The notes under the pieces are model-generated. The model did not search any database, had not been told where the DNA came from, and saw only the letters and a program-made list of their open reading frames with translations. A DNA stretch of 28,016 nt from positions 1-28,016 of IMG/VR virus record IMGVR_UViG_3300037851_000204, one strand, 5' to 3'. The stretch comes from a virus. Lineage: Duplodnaviria; Caudoviricetes. Made by a program: the position numbers and the translations under genes. Shown here one piece after another: positions 1-8,649 of the stretch. Positions within the stretch are counted from its first letter, which is position 1, and each line of letters begins with the position of its first letter.

Positions 1-1
1 C

Positions 2-670
2 TTCATCGCCATCGAGGCTGACCACACCTTCACCGGGGAGCCCAAGCCCTACCACCTCACGAAGCGGGCCAAGGACTACCCACAGGTCGAGATCGTGCAG
101 GCTCACAACGGCGACGTCACCGGGGCCTCCTATCCCAACTTCGCATGGGTGAAGCAGGGCACCGCCGTCCACTGGCAGCGGGAGTTCAAGCAACGTGATG
201 CTGCAGAGCCGCTGCTGGAAGCCCTGCCTCCCGACACCATCATGCTGCTGGGGGACCTCGACGAGATCCCCATGCGGGAGGTCGTCGCCTCGTTCGACGG
301 ACCTCCCTCGGTCCTCATCATGTACATGGCCGTCTACTCCATGAGGCACAAGTTCCCCGGGGCATGGGCCGGGACGGTCATGGGCAGGCGCAAGGACTTG
401 CGGGGCTTCGTCGCCATGCGCAACACGCGGTGGCAGCAGGAGCCCCTCACTCGGTCTGGCTGGCACCTGACGTGGTTCGGCACGCCGAAGGACCGCCTGG
501 GCAAGATGCAGGCCAGCGCCCATCAGGAGATGCGTGACCGTGCCGATGACTTGGCTTACACATACCCGGAGAAGGGGCTACACGTGGACGGCAAGACCGA
601 ACTGGTGCCATGGGATGCCCCGCTTCCTCGCTGGGTCAAGGACGGGCATGCCCCGAGGTCATGGCGATGA
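2..670 (+). CDS. GT17-like glycosyltransferase (beta-1,4-GlcNAc transferase family), 5'-truncated by window edge
   Basis: Frame 2 is open from base 2. It reads FIAIEADHTFTGEPKPY ... WQREFKQRD ... LLGDLDEIP ... GWHLTWFG, matching the GT17 motifs ExxxTFTGxxKP, ExxQR, DxDEIP and GWH. Confidence 0.75.
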   Translation, partial: FIAIEADHTFTGEPKPYHLTKRAKDYPQVEIVQAHNGDVTGASYPNFAWVKQGTAVHWQREFKQRDAAEPLLEALPPDTIMLLGDLDEIPMREVVASFDGPPSVLIMYMAVYSMRHKFPGAWAGTVMGRRKDLRGFVAMRNTRWQQEPLTRSGWHLTWFGTPKDRLGKMQASAHQEMRDRADDLAYTYPEKGLHVDGKTELVPWDAPLPRWVKDGHAPRSWR

Positions 671-1506
671 GGGTCCTCGTCACCGGGGCCGAGGGGTTCG
701 TCGGTCGCAACCTCGTCGACATGCTCATGCGGGAGGACGATGAGCACGGAGAGCGGTATGAGATCACCACGTCGGACATCCGCCACATCAACCCCATCTA
801 CGACGGGGTGACCGGGGCAGACCTCGCGAAGGAAGACGTCGGTGTGCGGGTCGTGACGACACGGTCCGTGGATGTCGTCGTCCATCTCGCCTCGTCGGTC
901 TCGACGCCGGGGTCCATCGACCATCCACTCGAGACGTTCCGCAACACCGTCCGGACCGCTGTCCACATCCTCGAGGGATGCCGCATCGCGAACGTCCCCT
1001 GCATCCTCACCAGTTCCGTCAAGGCCCGCGACGGGCTCACTCCGTACGGAGCGTCGAAGCGCATGGCAGAGACATGGGCCTTGGAGTACATGTCCTGCTA
1101 CGGCCTCCCGGTCGTCATCAACCGCCCGGGCACCATCTATGGTCCGGGACAGGAGGGGTCTCCAGAATCCGGCTGGATCGCGTGGTTCCTGAAGGCCAAG
1201 CGTGAGGACTTGCCGGTGACCATCAACGGTGACGGGTCGCAGATGCGTGACCTGCTGCACGTCACGGACTACTGCCGCCTGCTCATCAAGCAGATGAACT
1301 CGGTCTACTCGTATGCCGGGGCGCACATCTGGGATGTCGGGGGAGGGATCATGAACGCGGTGACCGTCAAGCAGATGGTCGACCATCTCGGGCTGACCCA
1401 TACCTATGGGCCACGCCGCTACGGGGATGCGGACACCTACATCGGGGAGAACGACGTGTTCGACTGGCAACCGACCATCTACTGGAAGGAGGCTCTTGGT
1501 GCCTGA
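667..1506 (+). CDS. NAD-dependent nucleotide-sugar epimerase/dehydratase (extended SDR)
   Basis: MRVLVTGAEGFVG (GxxGxxG), VVVHLAS, TSS, YGASK (YxxxK), RPGTIYGPG and GDGSQMRDLLHVTD. The start overlaps the upstream stop (ATGA, 667-670). Confidence 0.92.
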   Translation: MRVLVTGAEGFVGRNLVDMLMREDDEHGERYEITTSDIRHINPIYDGVTGADLAKEDVGVRVVTTRSVDVVVHLASSVSTPGSIDHPLETFRNTVRTAVHILEGCRIANVPCILTSSVKARDGLTPYGASKRMAETWALEYMSCYGLPVVINRPGTIYGPGQEGSPESGWIAWFLKAKREDLPVTINGDGSQMRDLLHVTDYCRLLIKQMNSVYSYAGAHIWDVGGGIMNAVTVKQMVDHLGLTHTYGPRRYGDADTYIGENDVFDWQPTIYWKEALGA

Positions 1507-2158
1507 GGTCCGACTGGTCCCGGCCATCCAGCCCAGCATCACCGCATCGCTGCCCATCGAGTACCTCTTCGGGCGCCAGCAGCAGTCGCTCTACGACCAC
1601 TACAAGGGCATCATCATGGCCAAGACGCCCGAGGACCTGCGTGTCTACCAGCACGTCATCTGGGAGACCAAGCCAGACACCATCGTGGAACTGGGGACCT
1701 ACCAGGGCGGGTCGGCGATGTGGTTCGCTGACCAGATGCGGACCCTCTGTGAGAACCCGAACCCGACGGTCATCACGGTGGACATCAACCCGATCGCGAC
1801 CAGTGGCGACCCTGCGGTCGTGCAGGTCGTCGACGAGCTCGCCCGTGCCTCGGTGAAGGTCCACGAGTGGGTGAGCATGCGGCAGAGCAAGCGGGTCATG
1901 GTCGTCGACGACTCCGGGCACACCTACCAGACGACGTCCGATGCTTTGCGTCTCTACCATGACCTGGTGACACCGGGCTGCTACTTCGTCGTCGAGGACG
2001 GGGTCGTGGATGAGCCATGGCGTCTCCCCTCGTTCATCGGGGTCGTCCAGCCTGCCATCAACGACTTCCTCGAGAAGCACCCGGAGTTCACCGGACACGA
2101 CTACCGTCCCTACGGCTTCGGCATGTTCCCCAACGGCTGGTTGGAGAGGACCCGGTGA
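1499..2158 (+). CDS. CmcI / rhamnosyl O-methyltransferase-like SAM-dependent methyltransferase
   Basis: KTPEDLRVYQHVIWETKPDTIVELGTYQGGSAMW, VITVDI, MVVDDSGH, LVTPGCYFVVEDG and a terminal PNGWL. GTG start 6 nt downstream of GGAGG (1488-1492). Confidence 0.85.
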   Translation: MPEVRLVPAIQPSITASLPIEYLFGRQQQSLYDHYKGIIMAKTPEDLRVYQHVIWETKPDTIVELGTYQGGSAMWFADQMRTLCENPNPTVITVDINPIATSGDPAVVQVVDELARASVKVHEWVSMRQSKRVMVVDDSGHTYQTTSDALRLYHDLVTPGCYFVVEDGVVDEPWRLPSFIGVVQPAINDFLEKHPEFTGHDYRPYGFGMFPNGWLERTR

Positions 2159-2883
2159 TCGAGGATTTCCTGCCCTGCGTCATCCTCCTGCCGTCACTCG
2201 GGAGGCCCCATCGGCTGGATGCGTCGGCGACCAACATCCACCACAACACCGACCTCGACCACAGCATCCTGTGGTGCGTCGGGGGCATCCAGTCCAAGGC
2301 CGTCCTCGACGGTCTGGGCGAGGTCTACATCGACGACACCGATGACCCCGACAAGCGGTACGTGACCCGCATGAACAAGCTTATCCACCACCCTGTCGTC
2401 AGGAACGCGAGGACCGTGTTCTTCGGTTCGGACGATGTCGTCCACCATGATGGCTGGCTCCGAGAGGCGTTGACCCAGATGGAAGCCCAGCGCAAGGCCG
2501 TCGTCGTCGTCAACGACATGCACAACCCCAACGGCACCCAGGCCATCGTGCGCACCGACTACTTCCCGCTGCTCTGCTTCGACGACCCGACGGTGGCGTT
2601 CCATCCTGGGTACGACCACAACTATGCCGACACGGAGCAGTTCGCGACCGCCATGCGCTACGGCCAGCACGGGCGTGCGATGGAGTCGGTCGTGGAGCAC
2701 CTCCATCCCATCTTCCAGACCAACACCTCACGCCCATGGGACGACACGTACAGGAACGCGTTCAAGCACTGGCAGGAGGACAGCGTCATCTTCCATGAGC
2801 GCATGCAGGCCCTCGACCGCGAGGACGAGGCCATCGTCACGTCGAAGAAGGAAGCCATCGCGAGGCTGTGGCCCGGTGAGTAA
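2155..2883 (+). CDS. Glycosyltransferase, GT-A fold (GT2-like)
   Basis: VILLPSLGRP N-terminal strand, FFGSDD acidic motif, HNYADTE and VEHLHP. GTGA overlap with the upstream stop and a GGAGAGGA RBS. Confidence 0.7.
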   Translation: MIEDFLPCVILLPSLGRPHRLDASATNIHHNTDLDHSILWCVGGIQSKAVLDGLGEVYIDDTDDPDKRYVTRMNKLIHHPVVRNARTVFFGSDDVVHHDGWLREALTQMEAQRKAVVVVNDMHNPNGTQAIVRTDYFPLLCFDDPTVAFHPGYDHNYADTEQFATAMRYGQHGRAMESVVEHLHPIFQTNTSRPWDDTYRNAFKHWQEDSVIFHERMQALDREDEAIVTSKKEAIARLWPGE

Positions 2884-3526
2884 GGTCAGCATCATCATCC
2901 CCACGTACAACCGGGCACACCTGTTGCTGACCCGCTCCCTGCCGTCGGTCCAGCACCAGGAGGGCCCGCATGAACTCGAGATTCTCGTCGTGGGCGACGG
3001 CACGGACATGGAGACGCAAGACGCCATGGCTGATGTGGTGGCGTCTGATGGACGAGTCCGATTCTGGAACCTCCCACACCAGCAGTACCCAGAGGACATC
3101 CCCGGACTCAAGTGGGGACTCATCGGCCTCGAAGCCCGCAACTTCGGACACGACCAGGCCACCGGGGAGTACGTCGGAGGGCTAGACGATGACGACGAGT
3201 TCACGCCAGACCATGTGGCTGTACTGGTCCGTGCTCTGGAATGGAACGACGTCGATTTCGCATACGGGAGATCTGTCGCGTTCAAGAGCGGAGGACGTGT
3301 ACAGCACTACGGTCACTGGCCTCCGGGGTACGGGGCTTTCTGCGATGGTGCGGCCATCTGGAAGCGCAGCCTCGGCTATCGCTATGACCCGGATGGGCCG
3401 AACATCCGGGGGCTCCCCGAAGACGGGGACCTCTGGGAACGCATGAAGGCGGACGGGGTGAGGTTCTTCTTCGTGGACCAAGTCGTGCATCACTACTATC
3501 CGAACCCGGAGGGCTTCTCGGCATGA
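2876..3526 (+). CDS. Glycosyltransferase family 2
   Basis: VSIIIPTYNRAHLL, EILVVGDG, ARNFG, GEYVGGLDDDDEF and EDGDLWER. The GTG start overlaps the end of the upstream gene. Confidence 0.9.
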   Translation: MSKVSIIIPTYNRAHLLLTRSLPSVQHQEGPHELEILVVGDGTDMETQDAMADVVASDGRVRFWNLPHQQYPEDIPGLKWGLIGLEARNFGHDQATGEYVGGLDDDDEFTPDHVAVLVRALEWNDVDFAYGRSVAFKSGGRVQHYGHWPPGYGAFCDGAAIWKRSLGYRYDPDGPNIRGLPEDGDLWERMKADGVRFFFVDQVVHHYYPNPEGFSA

Positions 3527-4209
3527 TCCCGGTCATCGGCATCCCGTACATCAGCGACTTCGACCTGCTGGACCGGTGCATCAGGTCCATCCCTCCGGGT
3601 CGCTACGAGAAGATCCACGTCATCGACAACAGCGACATCTACGGAGCCATCCAGTACCCGGAGAACCACAAGGTCCGCATCACGAGGCCGCATCACAACA
3701 TCGGCGTGGCCCAGGCGTGGAACAGCATCATCAAGTGGAACCCGCAGGCCCGCTGGTGGTTCATCGTCAACGCGGACACGGCGTTCTCCGTCGAGGACAT
3801 CGACCGCCTCGAGGCAGCCATCCGCTTCCATGACGTCGTGACGCTGGGCGGCATGCTGGCATTCGGCGTGCGTTCCTCGGCCATCGCCAAGGTGGGCTGG
3901 TTCGACGAGAACCTCCATCCTGCCTACTTCGAGGACAACGACTGGGACTACCGGGCCCGCCTGCTGGGCGTCCACATCGAGAAACTCGGCCCTCCAGCGG
4001 AGCACTTCGGCAGCGCCACCATCAGGAACAGCGAGGCGTACCGGCGCCAGAATGATTGGACCTTCCCGTTGAACCGGGCGTACTATGCGAGCAAGTGGGG
4101 TGGAGAAGTGGACCACGAGGTCTACACCACGCCATTCGACAAGGGCGGCAGCCCGCGAGACTGGACCCTCGACATAGCCAGACTCGCCCAGATGATCTGG
4201 AAGGAGTAA
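3523..4209 (+). CDS. Glycosyltransferase family 2 (WbbL/rhamnosyltransferase-like motifs)
   Basis: IHVIDNS, NIGVAQAWN, FIVNAD, KVGWFDENLHPAYFEDNDWDYR and HFGSATI. ATGA overlap with the upstream gene. Confidence 0.85.
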   Translation: MIPVIGIPYISDFDLLDRCIRSIPPGRYEKIHVIDNSDIYGAIQYPENHKVRITRPHHNIGVAQAWNSIIKWNPQARWWFIVNADTAFSVEDIDRLEAAIRFHDVVTLGGMLAFGVRSSAIAKVGWFDENLHPAYFEDNDWDYRARLLGVHIEKLGPPAEHFGSATIRNSEAYRRQNDWTFPLNRAYYASKWGGEVDHEVYTTPFDKGGSPRDWTLDIARLAQMIWKE

Positions 4210-4212
4210 GAC

Positions 4213-4497
4213 ATGGCGACCGTCACGAAGCGGCCGACCGGCAACCCGACCGCGAAGCGGGACGCGATCCACATCAAGGCGAACGACGTCGACTCCGTGA
4301 ACGAGGAGACGAACGCGGAGATTCGCTACTACCTCTCTGCGGAGCACCCGTCCTACGACGCTGCACGCAGCCAGGTGTTCTCGGGTGACTTCGAGTGGAA
4401 TGGCTGGATCCCGCCCGTCGCGGGTGAGTGGACCATCCATCTTCGCCGGGTCGCGGACGATGTGTCCGTGGCAGAACTGGCCGTCACCGCTGCCTGA
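4213..4497 (+). CDS. Small hypothetical protein (94 aa), beta-rich, possibly virion structural
   Basis: Strong RBS (AAGGAG) and typical codon usage. The C-terminal PVAGEWTIHL...VAELAVT pattern is Ig-like. Function is inferred only. Confidence 0.6.
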   Translation: MATVTKRPTGNPTAKRDAIHIKANDVDSVNEETNAEIRYYLSAEHPSYDAARSQVFSGDFEWNGWIPPVAGEWTIHLRRVADDVSVAELAVTAA

Positions 4498-4538
4498 CAA
4501 GGGAAGCTCAGGGCTATAGGCCCGGCTAGAGGAGGGAC

Positions 4539-5348
4539 ATGTCAAGTCCGCTAGACACACCCGTCCAAGTCTTCGCCGAGAAGAACGAGGACCCTATCGG
4601 GACCATCGCCCTCCCGACCCGAGACCACATCGCGGCACCGACCATCGTCTCTCTGCTCATGTCCGACTTTCGGTGGACAGGGGGACGACCGGTCACGCGT
4701 GTCATCGTGCAGGGCAGCCAGTTGCCGATGCAGCGCAACGAGTGCGTCCAGAACATGCAGGGTGACTGGCTCATCTTCATCGACGACGACATGACGTTCG
4801 GCGAGACCGCCATCGGCGATCTTGTCGCCACGTACCACCAGATCAAGGAACAGGTCAAGGAGCCGGTCATCGTCGGTGGCCTGTGCGTGCGGCGTGCCTA
4901 CCCGCACCAGCCCACCCTGTACGTCAGGGACGGGACGGCCTACACCGTCCTCGAGGACTGGGAGGGTGACGTCATCGAGATCGATGCCACGGGGGCTGCG
5001 TTCTACCTCATCGAGACCGCTGCCTTCGAGGCCATCATGGGTGGTCCGATGCCGTCCATCGAGGAACGCAAGCAGTTGCCTCCGTGGCCCTACTACGAGT
5101 GGATCGGCTCGATGGGCGAGGACCTGCGCTTCTGCATGACGGCCCGCGATGCCGGGGTCAGGGTCTTCGTCGACACCCGCATCCGCATCGGGCACCTCTC
5201 CGAGAAGGCGGTCGGCATCCATGACTTCTGGAAGGCCGTCCTCGAACGACCCCAGGAGGTCCATGACCTGCTCAAGGAGCAGTACGAGAGGATCAACCTG
5301 CCGACCATGACGCGAGAGCGGGCCCAGGAGCTGCTGGTCAATGGATGA
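4539..5348 (+). CDS. Glycosyltransferase, GT-A fold (GT2-like, phage type)
   Basis: RBS GAGGAGG. Motifs QRNECV, WLIFIDDDMTF (DxD), IDATGAAFYLI, GEDLRFC and VFVDTRIRIGH. Confidence 0.82.
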   Translation: MSSPLDTPVQVFAEKNEDPIGTIALPTRDHIAAPTIVSLLMSDFRWTGGRPVTRVIVQGSQLPMQRNECVQNMQGDWLIFIDDDMTFGETAIGDLVATYHQIKEQVKEPVIVGGLCVRRAYPHQPTLYVRDGTAYTVLEDWEGDVIEIDATGAAFYLIETAAFEAIMGGPMPSIEERKQLPPWPYYEWIGSMGEDLRFCMTARDAGVRVFVDTRIRIGHLSEKAVGIHDFWKAVLERPQEVHDLLKEQYERINLPTMTRERAQELLVNG

Positions 5349-5760
5349 GTGGAAGGGCGACAAGCCCGTCTTCCTCGTCATCCGCCAGTACTTCGACCAT
5401 GGCCCGTCTTCGACGGTCATCGACCTCGACGAGGGCGGGTGGACGACGAAGTACGCCGATCTCATGCGTGTCCCCGGCGTCTGGATGCTCTGCAGCAAGG
5501 AGGCGTCCGAGAAGCTGGGCGTCCTCATGCCCATCTTCATCATGCAGGTGGAGGAGGGTGACCAGCCCTACTTCACGATGAAGCACGTAGGCATCCTCTC
5601 CTTCGGGGATGTCGAGGGCCCCGAGAGCGTCACCTACGGCATCGGGAAGAAGAAGCCGAACGGGACCGTAGAGCGCCTGTGGCTTCTTCCGAACGGGTCG
5701 ACAACCATCAACGAGGACGTATACTGGGTCGCAGACCGGATGAACAAGGGTCAGCTCTAG
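5341..5760 (+). CDS. Hypothetical protein (139 aa)
   Basis: Overlaps the upstream stop and shows high-GC3 codon usage. No motif recognised. Confidence 0.65.
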   Translation: MDEWKGDKPVFLVIRQYFDHGPSSTVIDLDEGGWTTKYADLMRVPGVWMLCSKEASEKLGVLMPIFIMQVEEGDQPYFTMKHVGILSFGDVEGPESVTYGIGKKKPNGTVERLWLLPNGSTTINEDVYWVADRMNKGQL

Positions 5761-5840
5761 GAGCGCCCTGACGCCCCGATCCAACGGGGTCTAGTCCGTA
5801 GGGGATCCCACCCCGTGAACACGCTCCTCCTCCTCCTCGG

Positions 5841-5878
5841 GACCCGGAGAGCCGCCGTTAACGACTCTCCGGGTCTTT
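5841..5878 (+). terminator. Stem-loop, putative intrinsic terminator or attenuator
   Basis: GACCCGGAGAG (5841-5851) is perfectly complementary to CTCTCCGGGTC (5865-5875) and is followed by TTT. It lies in the 130-nt gap after the glycan cluster. Confidence 0.55.
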
Positions 5879-5890
5879 CCGTGTGCTCCG

Positions 5891-6127
5891 ATGGCTGAGT
5901 TCATCCGCATCGTCACGGTGCGGCCCAACGGCACGGAGCGCATCGTGCGTGACATCGACGTCACGGACCTGACCGACACGCAGACGCAGCGTGCCGATGC
6001 GTTCCTCGCTGCACGAGCCGAGAAGGATGCTGGGCAGCACGTCCGCGTCTACACGTCAAGCAACGGGACCGTGAGTCCAGGCGACCTCGTGTACGACTCT
6101 GACATCGACTACGGCGGGACAATCTGA
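5891..6127 (+). CDS. Hypothetical protein (78 aa) coupled to the first fibre-like gene
   Basis: Typical codon usage and a TGATG overlap with the next gene. No clear SD. Confidence 0.6.
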   Translation: MAEFIRIVTVRPNGTERIVRDIDVTDLTDTQTQRADAFLAARAEKDAGQHVRVYTSSNGTVSPGDLVYDSDIDYGGTI

Positions 6128-8649
6128 TGGCTGCGCCACGCTTCCATGCATCCGGTATAGGCGCCACCGATGCTGGCGGTGCGTGGCAGGTGTCGTCCAA
6201 TCTCGCTTACACGTCAGCGAGCATCGGGAACGTCATTGTCCTCCAGATACTCCAAGACGGCACTACGTCCGGGGCGGTCAGCCTCACAAGCGTTTCCTAT
6301 GCAGCGGCTCTGGACGGAACCGACTCAACGATGTCTTACATCGGTGAGTTTGCTGTAGGCAGTCCGACAGCGGCCCTTCAACACCTTTGGATAGGTCGCC
6401 GCACATCTTCGCAAACGCCTATCGCGTACGGGTCCAATAGCACATCCGAAGATGTGTATTGCCGCTTCTACGAGTTCGCGGATGTCTCGACCGGCACGAC
6501 GCTGGCTGATGTCATCGAGAACGCCTCCGCAGGCGCCACCGTCAACACGGTCGGCACGAGCGCCACCGCCGCCGACTCCAGCGTCACCACCCTTGGCCCA
6601 GACCGCCTCGCTGTCAACTTCGTCGCCGTCAACGACGACAACGCCATCGCCCAGTTCAGCGGGCAGACGGGCGGGACGTGGATAAAGGTCGCTGAGTACG
6701 CGGAGTCCTCGGGCACCGACGGCGCCATCCAGTTGCAGTGGGCGTATCCAAGTAAGTACGCAGCCTATCCCCCGAATGGGCCATCTGCCATCTATGGTGA
6801 GGGCGGGGCTGACGAGAAGTATGCTCAGAGCTTCACAACGTCGGCTGCTGAGTCGATGGCTATCGCCGGTTTCTGGCTTCGCAGGACTGGCTCACCTACC
6901 GATGATGTCGTCGTTGAACTTCAGTCAGACTCTGGCGGTTCTCCCTCTGGGACGGTGCTCGCATCGGACGCCGTTTCAGCGTCAGACATCAGCGATAGCA
7001 ACTACGAAGTTCACACATTCTCGCTTCCTTACAGCCTTGCGAATGCCACGACCTATTGGTTAGTAGTAAGTCGTTCTGGCTCCAGAGACACCAGCAACTA
7101 CTGCTCCATCTTTGACACGCTGTACAACTTCTCTGGTGTCGGGAAGGTAATGGACAGCGGCTCATGGAGTGCCTCGGCTGATTGGTCATTCTGGGTCGGC
7201 TTTGGCTCTGCCGCCATCGACGGCGGCACGGCCTCCATCACCGACTCCGATGCGTGGGGTGTTGTCGGCTTCGCTCTCATCGGGACGACCGGTGGTTCGA
7301 CGACCGTCTCCTCATCCTTCTCCGCGAATGCGGTCATCAAGAAGACCGGTCAGTCAGGGTCGTTCTCTGCGAACGCCGTCATCAAGAAGAACTCTGGGAC
7401 GAAGACATTCACGGCAGACTCCAGCCTGGTCAGGACCGTCTCCTCCTCGTTCTCCGCGAACGCGGTCCTCAAGAAGTCTCCATCCATCACTGGGACGTGG
7501 CCTGCGAATGCCATCGCCAAGTGGCCTGCTGGGTGGGAAGAGTGGCCGATTTATGCATTCGCTGTCATCAAGCGGACCCAGACAGGGTCCCTGACCGCGA
7601 ATGCGGTCGTCAAGAAGACTGCGTCTTCGTCTCTTGCCGCGAACGCCATCGTCAGGAAGAACTCCGGAACGCTGACGTTCACGGCAGCATCCGTGAGCAA
7701 GCGCACGCAGTCAGGCTCTCTCACAGCGGCAGCGACGATCAAGGGGACCCGGAGCGGGTCGCTCCTCGCTAACGCGAGGCTTGCCGGGATCTTCACCATC
7801 GACGCCGAGGTCGCCCAGCCAGCAGTCGAGGGGTCCTTCTCCGCAGCCTCCATCATCAAGCGGACCCAGACAGGGTCGCTCTCGGTCGCTTCGGTCGCCA
7901 AGCGCACGCAGTCAGGAAGCCTGACCGCAGCAGCGGTCATCAAGCGTACGCAGTCCTCCACGCTCACCGCTGCGGCGGCGATGAAGCGGACGATGTCCTC
8001 GTCCCTCCCCGCGAACGCTGTGGTCAGGGCATCACGCAGCGGGTCGATCACGGCCGACGCGGTCATCAAGCGGACGTCTGGCACCCTGACGTTCACGGCG
8101 GCTGCGGTCATCAAGCGCACCGGGTCGAACTCGCTCACTGCCGCCTCAGTGATGAAGCGCACGCAGTCAGGCTCCCTGACGGCTGCGGCCATCATCAAGC
8201 GAGCCACCCCCTCGTCCTTCACGGCCGCTGCGGTCATCCGCAGGCCAGCCACGTCATCCCTCTCGGCGGATGCCCTCATCGAGAGGTCAGCGACCGGCTC
8301 CTTCGACGCTGATGCGCTCATCAACCTCGTCTCCCGGTGCATCTGGACGACACCTGGGGACACGGTCCAGATCGACAGGTACGCGACGCTGACCTTCCTG
8401 ATGCCGGTCGCTGCCACGGGGAACATGCACTTCGAGATCCAGATCGACACGGAGGCAGGCTTCACCGACCCCATCACCTACCTGTCGTCGCACCTCACCG
8501 GGTGGGAGTACTGGGATGGCGACTCGTGGGAGCCCATCCCGCAGGACGGCGTACCGAACACCTACTGCGGCAATGAGGCCCGCTACACCATCCAGGACCC
8601 GCTGGCGAACGGCACGTACTACCGACGCGTGCGGGCGGGAGTCATCTGA
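6127..8649 (+). CDS. Fibre-like virion protein 1 (840 aa): N-terminal beta head with inserted domain, ~24 x 14-aa repeat stalk, C-terminal FN3/Ig-like domain
   Basis: Ser/Thr/Ala/Gly-rich. Repeats resemble TQSGSLTAAAVIKR. The C-terminal HFEIQIDTEAGF...LANGTYYRRVRA pattern is typical of FN3-like domains. TGATG coupling at both ends. Confidence 0.7.
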   Translation: MAAPRFHASGIGATDAGGAWQVSSNLAYTSASIGNVIVLQILQDGTTSGAVSLTSVSYAAALDGTDSTMSYIGEFAVGSPTAALQHLWIGRRTSSQTPIAYGSNSTSEDVYCRFYEFADVSTGTTLADVIENASAGATVNTVGTSATAADSSVTTLGPDRLAVNFVAVNDDNAIAQFSGQTGGTWIKVAEYAESSGTDGAIQLQWAYPSKYAAYPPNGPSAIYGEGGADEKYAQSFTTSAAESMAIAGFWLRRTGSPTDDVVVELQSDSGGSPSGTVLASDAVSASDISDSNYEVHTFSLPYSLANATTYWLVVSRSGSRDTSNYCSIFDTLYNFSGVGKVMDSGSWSASADWSFWVGFGSAAIDGGTASITDSDAWGVVGFALIGTTGGSTTVSSSFSANAVIKKTGQSGSFSANAVIKKNSGTKTFTADSSLVRTVSSSFSANAVLKKSPSITGTWPANAIAKWPAGWEEWPIYAFAVIKRTQTGSLTANAVVKKTASSSLAANAIVRKNSGTLTFTAASVSKRTQSGSLTAAATIKGTRSGSLLANARLAGIFTIDAEVAQPAVEGSFSAASIIKRTQTGSLSVASVAKRTQSGSLTAAAVIKRTQSSTLTAAAAMKRTMSSSLPANAVVRASRSGSITADAVIKRTSGTLTFTAAAVIKRTGSNSLTAASVMKRTQSGSLTAAAIIKRATPSSFTAAAVIRRPATSSLSADALIERSATGSFDADALINLVSRCIWTTPGDTVQIDRYATLTFLMPVAATGNMHFEIQIDTEAGFTDPITYLSSHLTGWEYWDGDSWEPIPQDGVPNTYCGNEARYTIQDPLANGTYYRRVRAGVI
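7300..8330 (+). repeat. Degenerate ~42-nt (14-aa) tandem coding repeat, about 24 units
   Basis: Consensus T-x-x-G-S-[FL]-[TS]-A-[NAD]-A-V-I-K-[KR]; units counted by eye in the translation. Confidence 0.9.

Noticed and set aside
610-2875. Upstream starts in the ORF track (610, 1406, 2017, 2624; likewise 16639 and 17987)
   Set aside because: These extensions overlap the preceding genes heavily. Downstream starts with an RBS or stop-start coupling coincide with the family N-terminal motifs.
4506-4528. Short hairpin GGGCT-ATA-GGCCC after the 94-aa gene as a terminator
   Set aside because: The stem is too short and lacks a U-tract, so it is expected by chance at this GC content.
2-5348. Host chromosomal polysaccharide locus adjacent to a prophage
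   Set aside because: No flippase, polymerase, transporter or att/integrase boundary is seen. The genes are compact and overlapping, share pentamer avoidance with the phage genes, and a GT4 is coupled to the protease. A host origin cannot be wholly excluded without upstream sequence.
556-5543. Long minus-strand ORFs (556-1557, 1367-2098, 3496-4560, 4551-5543)
   Set aside because: They are antisense shadows of high-GC3 plus-strand genes that carry clear enzyme motifs, and have no recognisable motifs of their own.
5759-5828. Hammerhead ribozyme or tRNA in the three-stem intergenic structure
   Set aside because: CTGACGC and GAAC do not match the CUGANGA/GAAA core, and there is no T-loop or anticodon arm. 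Kept only as an unclassified structure.
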